From sequence record KY014601.1: a DNA stretch of 59,024 nt; one strand, given 5' to 3'. The notes beneath the pieces were generated by a model that saw nothing but the letters and a program-made list of their open reading frames with translations, was not told the origin of the DNA and did no database searches. This DNA comes from Escherichia phage Utah. This document shows, one piece after another, positions 1 to 9,231 of the stretch. Position 1 is the stretch's first letter; every line of letters starts with the position of its first letter. A program made the translations under genes and the position numbers.

Positions 1-224
1 GGTGCGCAGAGCCGCTTTCTCGGAAAATGGGCCGGATCTGCCATAGCCCCGCTTTGCGAAATCAATAACTTAGCCGAAAAACCGAATTTCTCCCGTAGGG
101 AGTCTCCAAATCGCGGTGGTGACGGGGGTGCGGGCGGAACGGCGCTTTAGCCCCGCAATCGGTTGATTGTATTACTGTTTTACCCGGTGGGCGGGTGCTG
201 ACCAAGTCCACGGCAGCAGTATCA

Positions 225-504
225 GGTTACAAGTTACAGACGGGTTACAAGTTTTTCACTTTGTAACCTCTGACTATCTAACTGTTTTTACAACGTTTTT
301 CTTCTATAAAGTTACAAGTTACAAATAAAGTATAGTAATAGTCCAGAAATAGAGAAAACGAGGTAAAAATGTGAATTTTATATAGGGGGGAATTTTACCC
401 GGGCGCTAAACCACTTCGGTTTGTAACCTGAATACCCGGATCGCTGAGAGCCGCGCCGCCACTGGCCTGAACATGGTTACAAACGGCGAAAATGGTATGT
501 AACC
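225..504. repeat. Cluster of at least 8 GGTTACA/TGTAACC half-sites (direct and inverted) around an AT-rich stretch; candidate replication origin or operator array
   Basis: GGTTACAAGTTACA at 225-238 and 311-324; GGGTTACAAG 242-251 facing TTGTAACC 261-268; TTGTAACC 421-428; GGTTACAAA 475-483 facing TGTAACC 498-504; AT-rich 270-400; no convincing ORF in 1-613. Confidence 0.5.
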
Positions 505-545
505 TTTTGCCCGTTTTGGCCGTTTTCTTGCGTTTCAATAACAAA

Positions 546-593
546 TTTGTTATACGTCTTGACCTGAATCCTGCTATAATTTATTTGTTATAA
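546..593 (+). promoter_or_regulatory. Extended -10 promoter (TGCTATAAT, 572-580) for the HTH gene, bracketed by direct TTTGTTATA repeats (546-554, 584-592)
   Basis: TGnTATAAT match 34 nt upstream of ATG 614; RBS AAGAGG 602-607; nearby TTGACC (559-564) is only 10 nt from the -10, so not a canonical -35. Confidence 0.4.
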
Positions 594-613
594 ACAGCAA
601 AAAGAGGTCAAAA

Positions 614-901
614 ATGCAGCACGATGAATGCCGTGAAACGTTGATGGATTTCAAACGACAATTACAGACACATTTGAAGGCGATTTTACGTCGTCAGGGG
701 GTCACACAGAGCGCGCTTGCGACGATGATCGGCGTACACCAGTCAAGATTAAGTTTCATGCTTAACAGTGACGCAGACAGAGTTTCGATCGATAAACTCA
801 TTGAAGCGATAGTGAAACTGGATGGCGTGTTTATGGTGAAAATCGGAGATCAAACAGACATAAATCGAGTGCGGTACAAGGAGTGCGAAGACAACGTTTG
901 A
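614..901 (+). CDS. XRE-family helix-turn-helix transcriptional regulator (Cro/CI-like)
   Basis: 95 aa; HTH segment QSALATMIGVHQSRLSFMLN typical of XRE/HTH_3 regulators; own promoter and terminator. Confidence 0.6.
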   Translation: MQHDECRETLMDFKRQLQTHLKAILRRQGVTQSALATMIGVHQSRLSFMLNSDADRVSIDKLIEAIVKLDGVFMVKIGDQTDINRVRYKECEDNV

Positions 902-912
902 CAGACAAAAAC

Positions 913-937
913 AAGGCCGGATTTCCCGGCCTTTTTA
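913..937. terminator. Bidirectional rho-independent terminator between convergent genes
   Basis: GGCCGG(915-920)-ATTTC-CCGGCC(926-931) followed by TTTTT; reverse strand also has a T-run after the stem. Confidence 0.6.
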
Positions 938-941
938 TCGA

Positions 942-3527
942 CTAAACTTCGTCTTCATCGTCAAACGGGTCTGGCTTTTTGCCGACCAGTTTTTCGACTT
1001 CTGCGTCATGCCGTTTTAACGTAGTCTGCACCCATGACGAGTTAAGTTTCCCCGCGTCATCGAATGCCCCTTTGACCCGCTTACGGACATAAACGCGGCC
1101 AGATTCGCCGCCAAATTTGACCACGCCGCCCGGCTTGAAGCCCAATTCCATAAGCATGTTTTTCAGGCGGTTCGTCTTCGGCATTTCCACGTCTGTCATT
1201 TCGAGGAATGCGTTTTTCAGGGACGGCACGAAGATGACGTCGCGGTGTACGCCCGGCGTCGTTCCGTCACGAAGCATTTGTGCGATTGCGCCTTCCACGC
1301 CATCGTCAGACGCGTCGGCCATGACCGCGAATGCTTCGGTGTCCTGCGGTGCGTGTCCTTTGGCATCGAAATCCTTTCCGATCTCCCAATCGAGGAACCA
1401 CTTTTTGATAGCAGGTGCGTGGTTTTCGATTGCCCGGTACACGTTTTTGAAGAAGCGCGCGCGTTCAGTCTTCGACCCGTAAACCCGCTCCATGTCCAGA
1501 TGATTTTCTGCCTGCGTTGACACCACCAGATAACGACGCTGGTTTTCATCGAGTGGCAATGCGTTGAAGTGGTTGGTGAACATCATTTTGCTGCTGGTGT
1601 TCACTACTTCCTTCGGCTTGCGGCCCTTTGGCTCAATCTGGAAGCGGTCGTTTGTGATGAATTCCTTCTGGCGTTCCACCGCGCTGTACCTATCGCCTTT
1701 GTCGTAGATCTCTTCCACGATTTTCAGGATGTGGCCCTCGGCCCAATCGCTGAAACGGCCATTCATCACGGTGTTTGACACATAGCCCACGTTCGACGCG
1801 CCGAGCATCCGCGACATGATGATGCCGAGCGTCGTTTTACCAGAACCATGCGCACCACGGATCAGAAGCGAGTAGTTGATGCGTTTCGTTGGGTGCTGAA
1901 TAACCCACGCCATCCAGTCCAGAACATAGCGGCGTTCCTTCTCGTTCGGGAAAAGCACGATGAAGAAGTCTTTGATGATCTCCAGCGCCTTTTTGTCGTA
2001 CGGAGAAAGGTCAGTCGCGGCCTCCGGAATGGATTCAGGGTCAAAAGAGTTCAGCCACGTACGCCCACGGTCGTCAATAAAGAATTCCGGCCCGATCACC
2101 CCCTCTTTCGGCTTCCACACAGATTCCGGCATGTCACCGTGCATCGCCGGGTAGTACATCGCGTCCCAAACGATAGGAACCGGGCGGACTACCGACGCAT
2201 AGTGGACAGGCTTGAAGGCTTCTTCCTCAAACACGCATTTTTTCGCAAAAGCGACGTCGAAAGCGCCTTTTGTGATGTAATCGCCCGTGGTTTTTTCGAT
2301 AAAACTGTCATTTGCCTTCGAGAAAACGAAGTTTTTCAGCCACTGCGGAGTCTCTTTTGACCCGTAATCGAAGCCCAAAAGCTCCCTTTTGTCACCAGCA
2401 GTGAGGCGGAAGTTGTTGATCCTGCGGTATGCTTCGGCCGCAATCTGGACGATGGCCTTGCGGGTAAGCCCGAAAATCTGCGCTTTTTTGAATGATTCGG
2501 CCCACGCATTCCAGTCATTCGCCTCGGTACACTCGGCGAAAGCCTCGCGGTACTCGATGGCGCGTTCTTCCTGCTCGGCTTTCTCGATGTCCTGCACTTC
2601 TTTGATGATGGTGCCGAGCGTGATCAGTCGAGTCGAGTTGTGCGCGAAGCCCTTATCCCACTTGTATTCGAAATCACCTTCGTCGAAGTTGTGTGCCTGC
2701 ATGGCCCATTCGCGGGCAATGGCCTTCGCCTCGTCCTGATCGCGGCAGGAAATTTGCAGCGCGGCCAGTACGGTGATGTAGTTCTCGTAATCTTCCGGGT
2801 TCGGGTATTTCAGGACGATGTCGCGCAGTTCATCGTACGTGCCGTCCCACTTTTTGACGTCAGACAGCGCGGCCCAATCGTCATCGTCTGCCGAACCGAT
2901 AGACTCATAACCGTTCATTGGCCGTTTGACCATTGTCCAGCCCAAGTCCTTCGCGTATCGGTCGAATTCGGCGGCGATCTCGCGAGCGGTATCGAGGCTG
3001 ATCTCTTCGAGGTCAAGGTCGGCGGCGTTGTTCAGCGGATTCTCGCCATCAATCCAGTAATAGTCGCGCTTGGTGTCCGGGTGGATACCGTACGCAACGA
3101 ACTGCTGGCCGTCGGCGAGGATTTCAACTGCATGGCGCTGGCCGAAGTCGTCTTCCCACACGCCGGATTTCACTTTGGCGAACGGGTTTTCGGTTCGGTA
3201 CAGGTAGAGTTTCTTCGGCTCCCGGCCGATACGACATGGCGCTGCACCGACGTTCTCGGCGATCCAGTCTGCCATGTGCGCCACGGCGTCTTCATCGTAA
3301 ACGTCGATGTCAACCGCCGGGGTGTATTTGGTCAGAATCCCGATGCCGTTATTCGTATAGCGTTTCGCCCAACGCTGGATCTGCTCCTTATCATTGATTG
3401 TTCGTTCCCAATCTTCACCGATAGGGCGTTTGCCCGCACCCTTCTTATCGGCGTCCGGGGCGTAGATAGGTACGATGGTGTACCCATTCCCCCAAAGCGT
3501 TTCGCCGTACTCTTGCCAGTAGTTCAT
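942..3527 (-). CDS. Bifunctional primase-polymerase (PrimPol N-terminus) fused to D5/SF3-type helicase
   Basis: 861 aa; N-terminal PrimPol-like region (TIVPIYAPDADKKGAGKRPIG..., VDIDVYDED acidic motif); C-terminal Walker A GAHGSGKTT; acidic tail ...DDEDEV. Confidence 0.8.
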   Translation of the reverse strand: MNYWQEYGETLWGNGYTIVPIYAPDADKKGAGKRPIGEDWERTINDKEQIQRWAKRYTNNGIGILTKYTPAVDIDVYDEDAVAHMADWIAENVGAAPCRIGREPKKLYLYRTENPFAKVKSGVWEDDFGQRHAVEILADGQQFVAYGIHPDTKRDYYWIDGENPLNNAADLDLEEISLDTAREIAAEFDRYAKDLGWTMVKRPMNGYESIGSADDDDWAALSDVKKWDGTYDELRDIVLKYPNPEDYENYITVLAALQISCRDQDEAKAIAREWAMQAHNFDEGDFEYKWDKGFAHNSTRLITLGTIIKEVQDIEKAEQEERAIEYREAFAECTEANDWNAWAESFKKAQIFGLTRKAIVQIAAEAYRRINNFRLTAGDKRELLGFDYGSKETPQWLKNFVFSKANDSFIEKTTGDYITKGAFDVAFAKKCVFEEEAFKPVHYASVVRPVPIVWDAMYYPAMHGDMPESVWKPKEGVIGPEFFIDDRGRTWLNSFDPESIPEAATDLSPYDKKALEIIKDFFIVLFPNEKERRYVLDWMAWVIQHPTKRINYSLLIRGAHGSGKTTLGIIMSRMLGASNVGYVSNTVMNGRFSDWAEGHILKIVEEIYDKGDRYSAVERQKEFITNDRFQIEPKGRKPKEVVNTSSKMMFTNHFNALPLDENQRRYLVVSTQAENHLDMERVYGSKTERARFFKNVYRAIENHAPAIKKWFLDWEIGKDFDAKGHAPQDTEAFAVMADASDDGVEGAIAQMLRDGTTPGVHRDVIFVPSLKNAFLEMTDVEMPKTNRLKNMLMELGFKPGGVVKFGGESGRVYVRKRVKGAFDDAGKLNSSWVQTTLKRHDAEVEKLVGKKPDPFDDEDEV

Positions 3528-3805
3528 TCAAGGATTTCCCCTGTTTCGCTGTCCGTTTTGATCCATGAAGGGTTAGTCAGCCAATGCGGACGGATGCCGC
3601 AGTGAGGGACAGCTTTGCAAACTTTTTCGGCCACGCTGCTCGTTACGTTGTTCTGCACGGCCCATAACAATGTCGGGTAACTGATCTTCGCTGCCTTCGC
3701 CAGTTCGGCCATTCTGGCGTTCGGGTCTACCTCCAAAGCCGCTTGCATCATGAGAAATTTGACCCGCATCCGGTCGTCGTTTAAAGCCCAATCTGGAAAT
3801 CGCAT
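3524..3805 (-). CDS. Small putative DNA-binding protein (HTH-like), first gene of leftward primase operon
   Basis: 93 aa; segment MAELAKAAKISYPTLLWAVQNN resembles an HTH; 4-bp overlap with primase-helicase start; promoter immediately upstream. Confidence 0.4.
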   Translation of the reverse strand: MRFPDWALNDDRMRVKFLMMQAALEVDPNARMAELAKAAKISYPTLLWAVQNNVTSSVAEKVCKAVPHCGIRPHWLTNPSWIKTDSETGEILE

Positions 3806-3847
3806 AGTGATGCCCTCGCGTAATGTGCGCGTGTTATAGATTTGCGG

Positions 3848-3876
3848 ATATTATATCCGGGCTTGACATCTGTCAA
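3848..3876 (-). promoter_or_regulatory. Leftward sigma70-like promoter (TTGACA-17-TAATAT) embedded in two palindromes
   Basis: Minus strand: TTGACA (3871-3876), 17-nt spacer, TAATAT (3848-3853); plus-strand palindromes GGATAT-T-ATATCC (3846-3858) and TTGACA-TC-TGTCAA (3863-3876) overlap -10 and -35. Confidence 0.55.
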
Positions 3877-3890
3877 GTTGGCCAGTTATT

Positions 3891-3941
3891 CGGGTACCAA
3901 AGGCGCTTTATGTCCGGAAAACAAAGGGCTTGCGGTACCCG
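3891..3941. promoter_or_regulatory. 8-bp inverted repeat CGGGTACC ... GGTACCCG, candidate operator in divergent control region
   Basis: CGGGTACC at 3891-3898 and GGTACCCG at 3934-3941, 35 bp apart. Confidence 0.3.
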
Positions 3942-3965
3942 AATAAAAAATTTCTAAAAAAGTGT

Positions 3966-3995
3966 TTGACAGTGATTCGGCGTTTGGGCCATACT
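3966..3995 (+). promoter_or_regulatory. Candidate rightward promoter for the long plus-strand operon
   Basis: TTGACA 3966-3971, then weak -10 CATACT about 18 nt downstream; ATG 4048 with GGAG RBS. Confidence 0.3.
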
Positions 3996-4047
3996 TCATC
4001 CCGTCAACACGACACGACCTTTTAAACACTTAACGGAGTAGAAAATT

Positions 4048-4464
4048 ATGTCTGGTATCTTCGAACAACTGCTGGCTGAACAACAAAAAACCAACACCCT
4101 GCTGGAAGGCGTTCTGGCAGCACTGAAAGGCGGCGCGGTGAACACTTCCGCTGACGCTGGTAGCGAAACTACTGAAAAAACCACCACCACCAAAGGCGGT
4201 GCTAAGGGCGGCGCGAAAGGCGGTGCAGGTAAAACCGAAACTAAAGCGGTCAAGCCTAAACACACCAAAGACGAAGTAGTCGCGGCTGTCGTTGCGGTTA
4301 AAGACGCGTTCGGCGCGCCGGAAGCCAAGAAAATCACCGCACACTTCGGCCTCGCCAAAGTCGCGGAAGCGAAGGAAGAACACTTCGACGAAATCGTCGA
4401 AATGTGTGAAGCCAAACTGGCTGAAAAAGATGAAGGCGGTAACGGCGAAGAAGACGACGTTTAA
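4048..4464 (+). CDS. Hypothetical Ala/Lys/Gly-rich protein with acidic C-terminal tail
   Basis: 138 aa; KGGAKGGAKGGAGK low-complexity segment; ends ...GNGEEDDV; good RBS. Confidence 0.5.
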   Translation: MSGIFEQLLAEQQKTNTLLEGVLAALKGGAVNTSADAGSETTEKTTTTKGGAKGGAKGGAGKTETKAVKPKHTKDEVVAAVVAVKDAFGAPEAKKITAHFGLAKVAEAKEEHFDEIVEMCEAKLAEKDEGGNGEEDDV

Positions 4465-4525
4465 TCTTTCGCCCCGCATCGGCTCCCTTCGGGGGGCCGT
4501 TTTTCACACCAACGGAGAGGCAATT

Positions 4526-4855
4526 GTGACCAGCATTACTTTCACCAACGTAGCAACATCCGGCGGCGCAGTTCTCGCGCGCACTTGGGCGGAGTTTCGT
4601 TTTCAAATCGGTGATCGCGATGTGCTGTTCAGAGTTACTTCACCTGTTTCGAAACACGAAGCGCCGCTGCTCGTAACCCATGCTGCATCGGGCTATCGAG
4701 TGTGCGACGTCTGGTGGGACGACGTGGCGAAGACTCGCTTTAACGCAGGCCGCAATAATTACAGCGGGGCAGGCGCTAGGGCATTGGTAGCGACGATTGA
4801 GCGAGTCGGCGAACACCGATTCCTCAATGCGATAAAGGCGTATCCGAATGAGTAG
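4526..4855 (+). CDS. Hypothetical protein (GTG start)
   Basis: GTG at 4526 preceded by GGAGAGG RBS; longer ATG-initiated ORF (4292) would overlap previous gene by 170 nt and span a terminator-like hairpin. Confidence 0.4.
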   Translation: MTSITFTNVATSGGAVLARTWAEFRFQIGDRDVLFRVTSPVSKHEAPLLVTHAASGYRVCDVWWDDVAKTRFNAGRNNYSGAGARALVATIERVGEHRFLNAIKAYPNE

Positions 4856-6185
4856 TAAGTCACTGTTAGTCCGCATCATGCGGGAATTCGGCGGTGGCGG
4901 CCACTCAATCTTCGCGCCTTCTGCGTCAGCGCGTTGGATCGCATGTTCTGGAAGCCTGATAGCCGGGCTTTTCGAGCATGACGAAACCATCTACGAGGCG
5001 GCGGAAGGCACGGTGGCCCACGGAATCGCCGAACAATGGCTGCGAACGGATGTCCGGCCAACCCATTTAATCGGTACGGTCGAGACGATCACGGAAGGCG
5101 GTGTCAGCCATGACATCCCCATTACTCGGTCAATGCTCGACTCGGTTCAGGAGTACGTTGACTGGTGCCGATTTGAAGAGGGTGAAATGTTCACGGAAAT
5201 CCGGGTCTGGTTTACCGACCTGATGCCGCGAGCGAACCCGGATGAACCTGACGAAGACCCGATCGAGTTTGTCGCTCAGGGCGGAACGGCGGATAATATC
5301 ATCATCCGCGACCGAACCTTGATCGTGACCGACCTGAAATACGGGACTGGCGTTCAGGTTTTCGCGGAAGGGAACCCGCAGGCGCTACTTTACGCGTACG
5401 GTGCGTACCGCGCTTTCTCGGATGAATACGAGTTTGACCGTATTGTCATCCGGATCGCGCAGCCGAGGCTCGACCATTTCGATACGTGGGAAATCACGAT
5501 TGACGAATTGTTAGAGTTCGCGGAGTATGCCCGGGAGCGAATTGCAGCGGCATGGAGCCTTACCGCGCCGCGCCGCGCATCCCTGAAAGGGTGTCGTTTT
5601 TGCCGGGCAGCACATAACTGCGCAGCGATAGCGTACATGATGGAATGCGCAGTGGGCGGGGATGTGGAATTCCTTGAAGCTGAATTCGGGGAGGAAGAAA
5701 TGTCAGTATTGCGTGATGCGCTGGCGCAGGAGTATAAATTCCGGCGTGCGCAGTTCGGGAACCTGACAACCGAGCAGATGGCGAAGATCCTGCCATACCG
5801 CAAGGTGGTCGAAAACTGGTTCTCGCGCCTTGACTTCGAACTGGAACGCCGCGCAATGAACGGCGAGAAGGTACCGGGTCAAAAGCTGGTGGAGTCGCGG
5901 ACAAACCGCAAATTCGCCAACGAGAAAGATGCGATCGCGCTGTTCAAGTTCCTCGATATCGAAGAGGACAAGTACATCGAGCGCAAACTGCGTACCCCGG
6001 CGCAGATGGAAGAAGTGCTCAGGGATGAATTGGGCGTGTCCCGGGCTGGCGCGCCGAACATCATCGCGGGGATCGTCTACAAGCCGGAAGGCAAGCCTAC
6101 ACTGGCACCGCTTACCGATAAGCGGCCACCACTGGACGGCAAGTATTCCGGGGCGTGGGACGACGAAGATGATGACGAAGTGTAA
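4848..6185 (+). CDS. PD-(D/E)XK nuclease with Cas4/RecB-like Fe-S cysteine cluster (DUF2800-like)
   Basis: 445 aa; N-terminal Cys in WIACSGS plus C-terminal CRFCRAAHNC; DxK-type motif IVTDLKYG; acidic tail ...WDDEDDDEV; position next to SSB and PolA. Confidence 0.65.
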   Translation: MSSKSLLVRIMREFGGGGHSIFAPSASARWIACSGSLIAGLFEHDETIYEAAEGTVAHGIAEQWLRTDVRPTHLIGTVETITEGGVSHDIPITRSMLDSVQEYVDWCRFEEGEMFTEIRVWFTDLMPRANPDEPDEDPIEFVAQGGTADNIIIRDRTLIVTDLKYGTGVQVFAEGNPQALLYAYGAYRAFSDEYEFDRIVIRIAQPRLDHFDTWEITIDELLEFAEYARERIAAAWSLTAPRRASLKGCRFCRAAHNCAAIAYMMECAVGGDVEFLEAEFGEEEMSVLRDALAQEYKFRRAQFGNLTTEQMAKILPYRKVVENWFSRLDFELERRAMNGEKVPGQKLVESRTNRKFANEKDAIALFKFLDIEEDKYIERKLRTPAQMEEVLRDELGVSRAGAPNIIAGIVYKPEGKPTLAPLTDKRPPLDGKYSGAWDDEDDDEV

Positions 6186-6239
6186 ACCCGTAAAACCGTA
6201 GAAAGTAAACCCGTAAAACAGTAAACCGAGGATATTAAG

Positions 6240-6836
6240 ATGGCCGAGAAATTAGTCCCTGCGAAAAAAGTCAAGAATGGCGTGCTGTACAAATCTGGTC
6301 ACATCAAGATTTCTAACGTACGTGCTTCTTACCCGCACCTCGATAAGCCGTACGGCGGTGAAGACGGCGGCGAGCCGAAATACTCGCTGACGCTTTTGAT
6401 GCCGAAAGACAGCCACGGCGAGATCGAGAAAATCATCCGTGAGCAGATCGAAGTCACCAAGAAGAACCACAAGACAGGCGCGCTGAAAGTCGCCCCGTCC
6501 ATGTTGTTCATCAAAGACGGTGATACCGATTTTCCGGATAAGCCGGAATGCGAAGGGATGTGGGTTATCTCCGCACGCGAAAGCAAACGCCCGGATGTGT
6601 ATAACATCGAGCGCGAAGAGTTGACTACCTCTTCCGAAATTCTGGAAGAGATCTACGGTGGTTGTTGGGTGTCGGTTGTCATCCGTCCGTGGTCGCAGGA
6701 AAACAAATTCGGCAAACGCGTTAACGCCAACCTGATTTCCGTTCTGAAACGCAAAGACGACGAGCCGTTCGGTGAAGGTCGTGTGGACACGTCCGACGCG
6801 TGGGATGAAGACGAAGATTGGGAAGACGAAGTGTAA
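6240..6836 (+). CDS. Single-stranded DNA-binding protein-like (phage SSB, DUF2815-like)
   Basis: 198 aa; position between nuclease and DNA polymerase; long acidic C-terminal tail ...DTSDAWDEDEDWEDEV as in SSBs. Confidence 0.5.
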   Translation: MAEKLVPAKKVKNGVLYKSGHIKISNVRASYPHLDKPYGGEDGGEPKYSLTLLMPKDSHGEIEKIIREQIEVTKKNHKTGALKVAPSMLFIKDGDTDFPDKPECEGMWVISARESKRPDVYNIEREELTTSSEILEEIYGGCWVSVVIRPWSQENKFGKRVNANLISVLKRKDDEPFGEGRVDTSDAWDEDEDWEDEV

Positions 6837-6861
6837 TGTACGCCCTCGGGCGGTAATACAA

Positions 6862-6886
6862 GGCCCGCCGCGTGCGGGCTTTTTTC
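6862..6886 (+). terminator. Rho-independent terminator/attenuator after SSB-like gene
   Basis: GCCCGC-CGCGT-GCGGGC followed by TTTTTT (6880-6885). Confidence 0.55.
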
Positions 6887-6902
6887 ATACAGGAGCGTTA
6901 AC

Positions 6903-8942
6903 GTGACCGATTGCATTAATCTGGACTATGAATCCCGAAGCCGGGTGAACCTTAAAACGAACGGATTCGACCGATATTCGAACGACGAATCGACTAAAAT
7001 TCTGATGGGCGCATGGTCTATCAATGGCGGAGCGGTGCAGCACATCGACCTTCACCGAGGGAAGAAGTTGCCCGGCGAACTGCGTGAAGCGCTGGAAGAC
7101 CCGGCCGTCGAGAAGTGGGCCTTTAACGCGCAGTTCGAACGCGTAATGACCCGCCGGGTGCTCGGCATCAAGACGCCGTATAAATCGTGGCGCTGTACGA
7201 TGGCGCTGGCGTACATGCTCGGCTTTGCTGGCGACCTTCTGGCCGTCGGCACGCAGATCGGCTTGCCGGAAGAGAAACTGAAAGACCCGGAAGGCAAGCG
7301 CCTGATCGACCTGTTCAGCAAGCCGCAGCGTGTCACGAAGAAAAACCCGTTTGAGTGGCGCAATGAAGCGACCGACCCGGAAGACTGGTGGCACTTCTGC
7401 AAATATAACGTGCGGGACGTTGAAACCGAACTGGCGATTAAAGCCCGCCTGATGCGGTACCCGGTTCTGGATGCCGAATGGGACATGTACGCGCTGGATC
7501 AGTTCATCAACGATACAGGCGTGATGATTGACCGCGAATTCGCGTACTCGGCGCTGGCGCTCGCAGAGGCGCGCAAACCGCAGATTATCGAAGAAATGGC
7601 CGACATCACTGGCCTGAACAACCCCAATTCCCCGGCGCAGTTAACACCGTGGCTCAAAGAGCGCGGCTATCCGTTCAGCGACCTTCGCAGTGACACCGTC
7701 AACAAGGTCATTCGCGAAGCCGATGAAAACGGCGTTGACCCGGATGCGATCCGCGTGCTGCGGATGCGCCTGAATAGCGCGAAAAACTCCCTGTCAAAAT
7801 ATCAGACCATGATTGACGCGGCTGGCGAAGATGGCCGATTCCGCTTCTCGCTGCAATTCGCCGGGGCAAGCCGCACGAACCGTTGGGCTGGCCGCCGTAT
7901 TCAGACTCAAAACCTGCCGAGAACGCCGAAGCTGATCGAGGACGTGACCGACCTGTCCATCGTTAACAAGATGATCCACCAGCGCGACCTTGATGCGTTG
8001 ACGCTGTATGTGGGCGAGCCGATGGACGCGCTGGTGGGCTGCATTCGCTCCGCCTTCATCCCGACGCCGGGCCACAAGTTCATCGTTGCCGACCTGTCGT
8101 CCATCGAATCCGTGGTCATCGGGTGGCTGACAAACTGCAAATGGTTCATGGACACGCTGGCGGCCAAGCACGACCTTTACCGTTCATTCGCGGCTCACTG
8201 GCTGCACCTGCCGTACGAAGAAACGAAGCCACACCGCCCGAAAGCCAAACCTGCTACCCTCGGCGCGGGCTATCGCCTCGGCGGCGGCCACATGGACGAG
8301 AATGGCAAGAAGACCGGACTGTGGGGCTACGCCGAAAACATGGGCGTACACATGACGCAGAAAGAGGCAGAAGAGTCGGTACAGGCGTTCCGCGACCTTT
8401 GCCCGGAAATTGTGCGCGCATGGTATGACCTCGAAAACGCGGTATTCAAGGTTATCCGTACCCGTCAGGCCGTCGTATGGGGCTGTCTGATCATCGAATA
8501 CACAAAACCTTTCCTGACCATCCGTCTGCCGTCTGGCCGCAAAATGTATTACTTCCGTCCGCGTCTGGTCGAGCGCCAGATGACCGTTCAGAAAGGGCCG
8601 AAGAAGGGTGAGAAGTACACAAAGACCAACTTCCAGTACGAAGGCAAGGTGGAAGGAAGCGGCACCAAGTGGGGCAAGATTTACAGCCACGGCGGTAAGC
8701 TGGTGGAAAACATCGTTCAGGCGCTGGCGCGCGACGTGCTCGCCGAAGGTCTGAAAAAGGCGCACCGCATGGGCTTCCGGATCGTCATGCACATCCACGA
8801 TGAAATCGTAACCGAAGTGCCGGAAGACAGCCCGCTGACCGTGGACGACCTTATTTCCTGCATGGCGGCCGAACTACCGTGGGCCGAAGGGCTACCGCTT
8901 GGCGCTGCCGGGTGGGAAGGCTATTTCTACCGTAAGGATTAA
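6903..8942 (+). CDS. Family A DNA polymerase with 3'-5' exonuclease domain
   Basis: 679 aa; Exo I-like DYESRS near N-terminus; motif A-like DLSSIE; motif C HDE in MHIHDEIVTEV; GTG start. Confidence 0.85.
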   Translation: MTDCINLDYESRSRVNLKTNGFDRYSNDESTKILMGAWSINGGAVQHIDLHRGKKLPGELREALEDPAVEKWAFNAQFERVMTRRVLGIKTPYKSWRCTMALAYMLGFAGDLLAVGTQIGLPEEKLKDPEGKRLIDLFSKPQRVTKKNPFEWRNEATDPEDWWHFCKYNVRDVETELAIKARLMRYPVLDAEWDMYALDQFINDTGVMIDREFAYSALALAEARKPQIIEEMADITGLNNPNSPAQLTPWLKERGYPFSDLRSDTVNKVIREADENGVDPDAIRVLRMRLNSAKNSLSKYQTMIDAAGEDGRFRFSLQFAGASRTNRWAGRRIQTQNLPRTPKLIEDVTDLSIVNKMIHQRDLDALTLYVGEPMDALVGCIRSAFIPTPGHKFIVADLSSIESVVIGWLTNCKWFMDTLAAKHDLYRSFAAHWLHLPYEETKPHRPKAKPATLGAGYRLGGGHMDENGKKTGLWGYAENMGVHMTQKEAEESVQAFRDLCPEIVRAWYDLENAVFKVIRTRQAVVWGCLIIEYTKPFLTIRLPSGRKMYYFRPRLVERQMTVQKGPKKGEKYTKTNFQYEGKVEGSGTKWGKIYSHGGKLVENIVQALARDVLAEGLKKAHRMGFRIVMHIHDEIVTEVPEDSPLTVDDLISCMAAELPWAEGLPLGAAGWEGYFYRKD

Positions 8943-8943
8943 C

Positions 8944-9231
8944 ATGGCCGAGCCGATAATCAGAGAATCGAAGGTCGAAAAGCGCTGCTGCGAATACGCG
9001 CAGGGGCGCGGGTGGTGGGTGTCAAAATTCACCTCCCCCGGCAAAAAAGCCGTCCCGGATCGCGTGCTGATCCGTGGCGGCATTGTGCTTTTTATCGAAT
9101 TCAAACGCCCCGGCGAAGAACCAACGGCGCAGCAGTATCACCGCCACAAGGAAATGCGCAAGGCCGGGGCTAACGTGACATGGGTGGACAATTTTGCAGA
9201 CTTTAAAAACTACATTATCGCCTTTGAGTAG
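8944..9231 (+). CDS. VRR-NUC domain nuclease
   Basis: About 96 aa from ATG 8944 (MAEPIIRESKVEK...); conserved E/K pattern IVLFIEFKRPGEEPTAQQ typical of VRR-NUC. Confidence 0.6.
   Translation: MAEPIIRESKVEKRCCEYAQGRGWWVSKFTSPGKKAVPDRVLIRGGIVLFIEFKRPGEEPTAQQYHRHKEMRKAGANVTWVDNFADFKNYIIAFE

Noticed and set aside
1117-3605. Multiple ORFs on the plus strand opposite the primase-helicase gene (e.g. 1117-1482, 1848-2360, 2640-3605)
   Set aside because: Shadow ORFs inside a long well-supported minus-strand gene; no RBS context and Arg/His-rich translations typical of antisense frames of GC-rich genes.
4292-4855. 187-aa ATG-initiated ORF overlapping 4048-4464
   Set aside because: Would overlap the upstream gene by ~170 nt and span a terminator-like hairpin; a GTG start at 4526 with a good RBS is more plausible.
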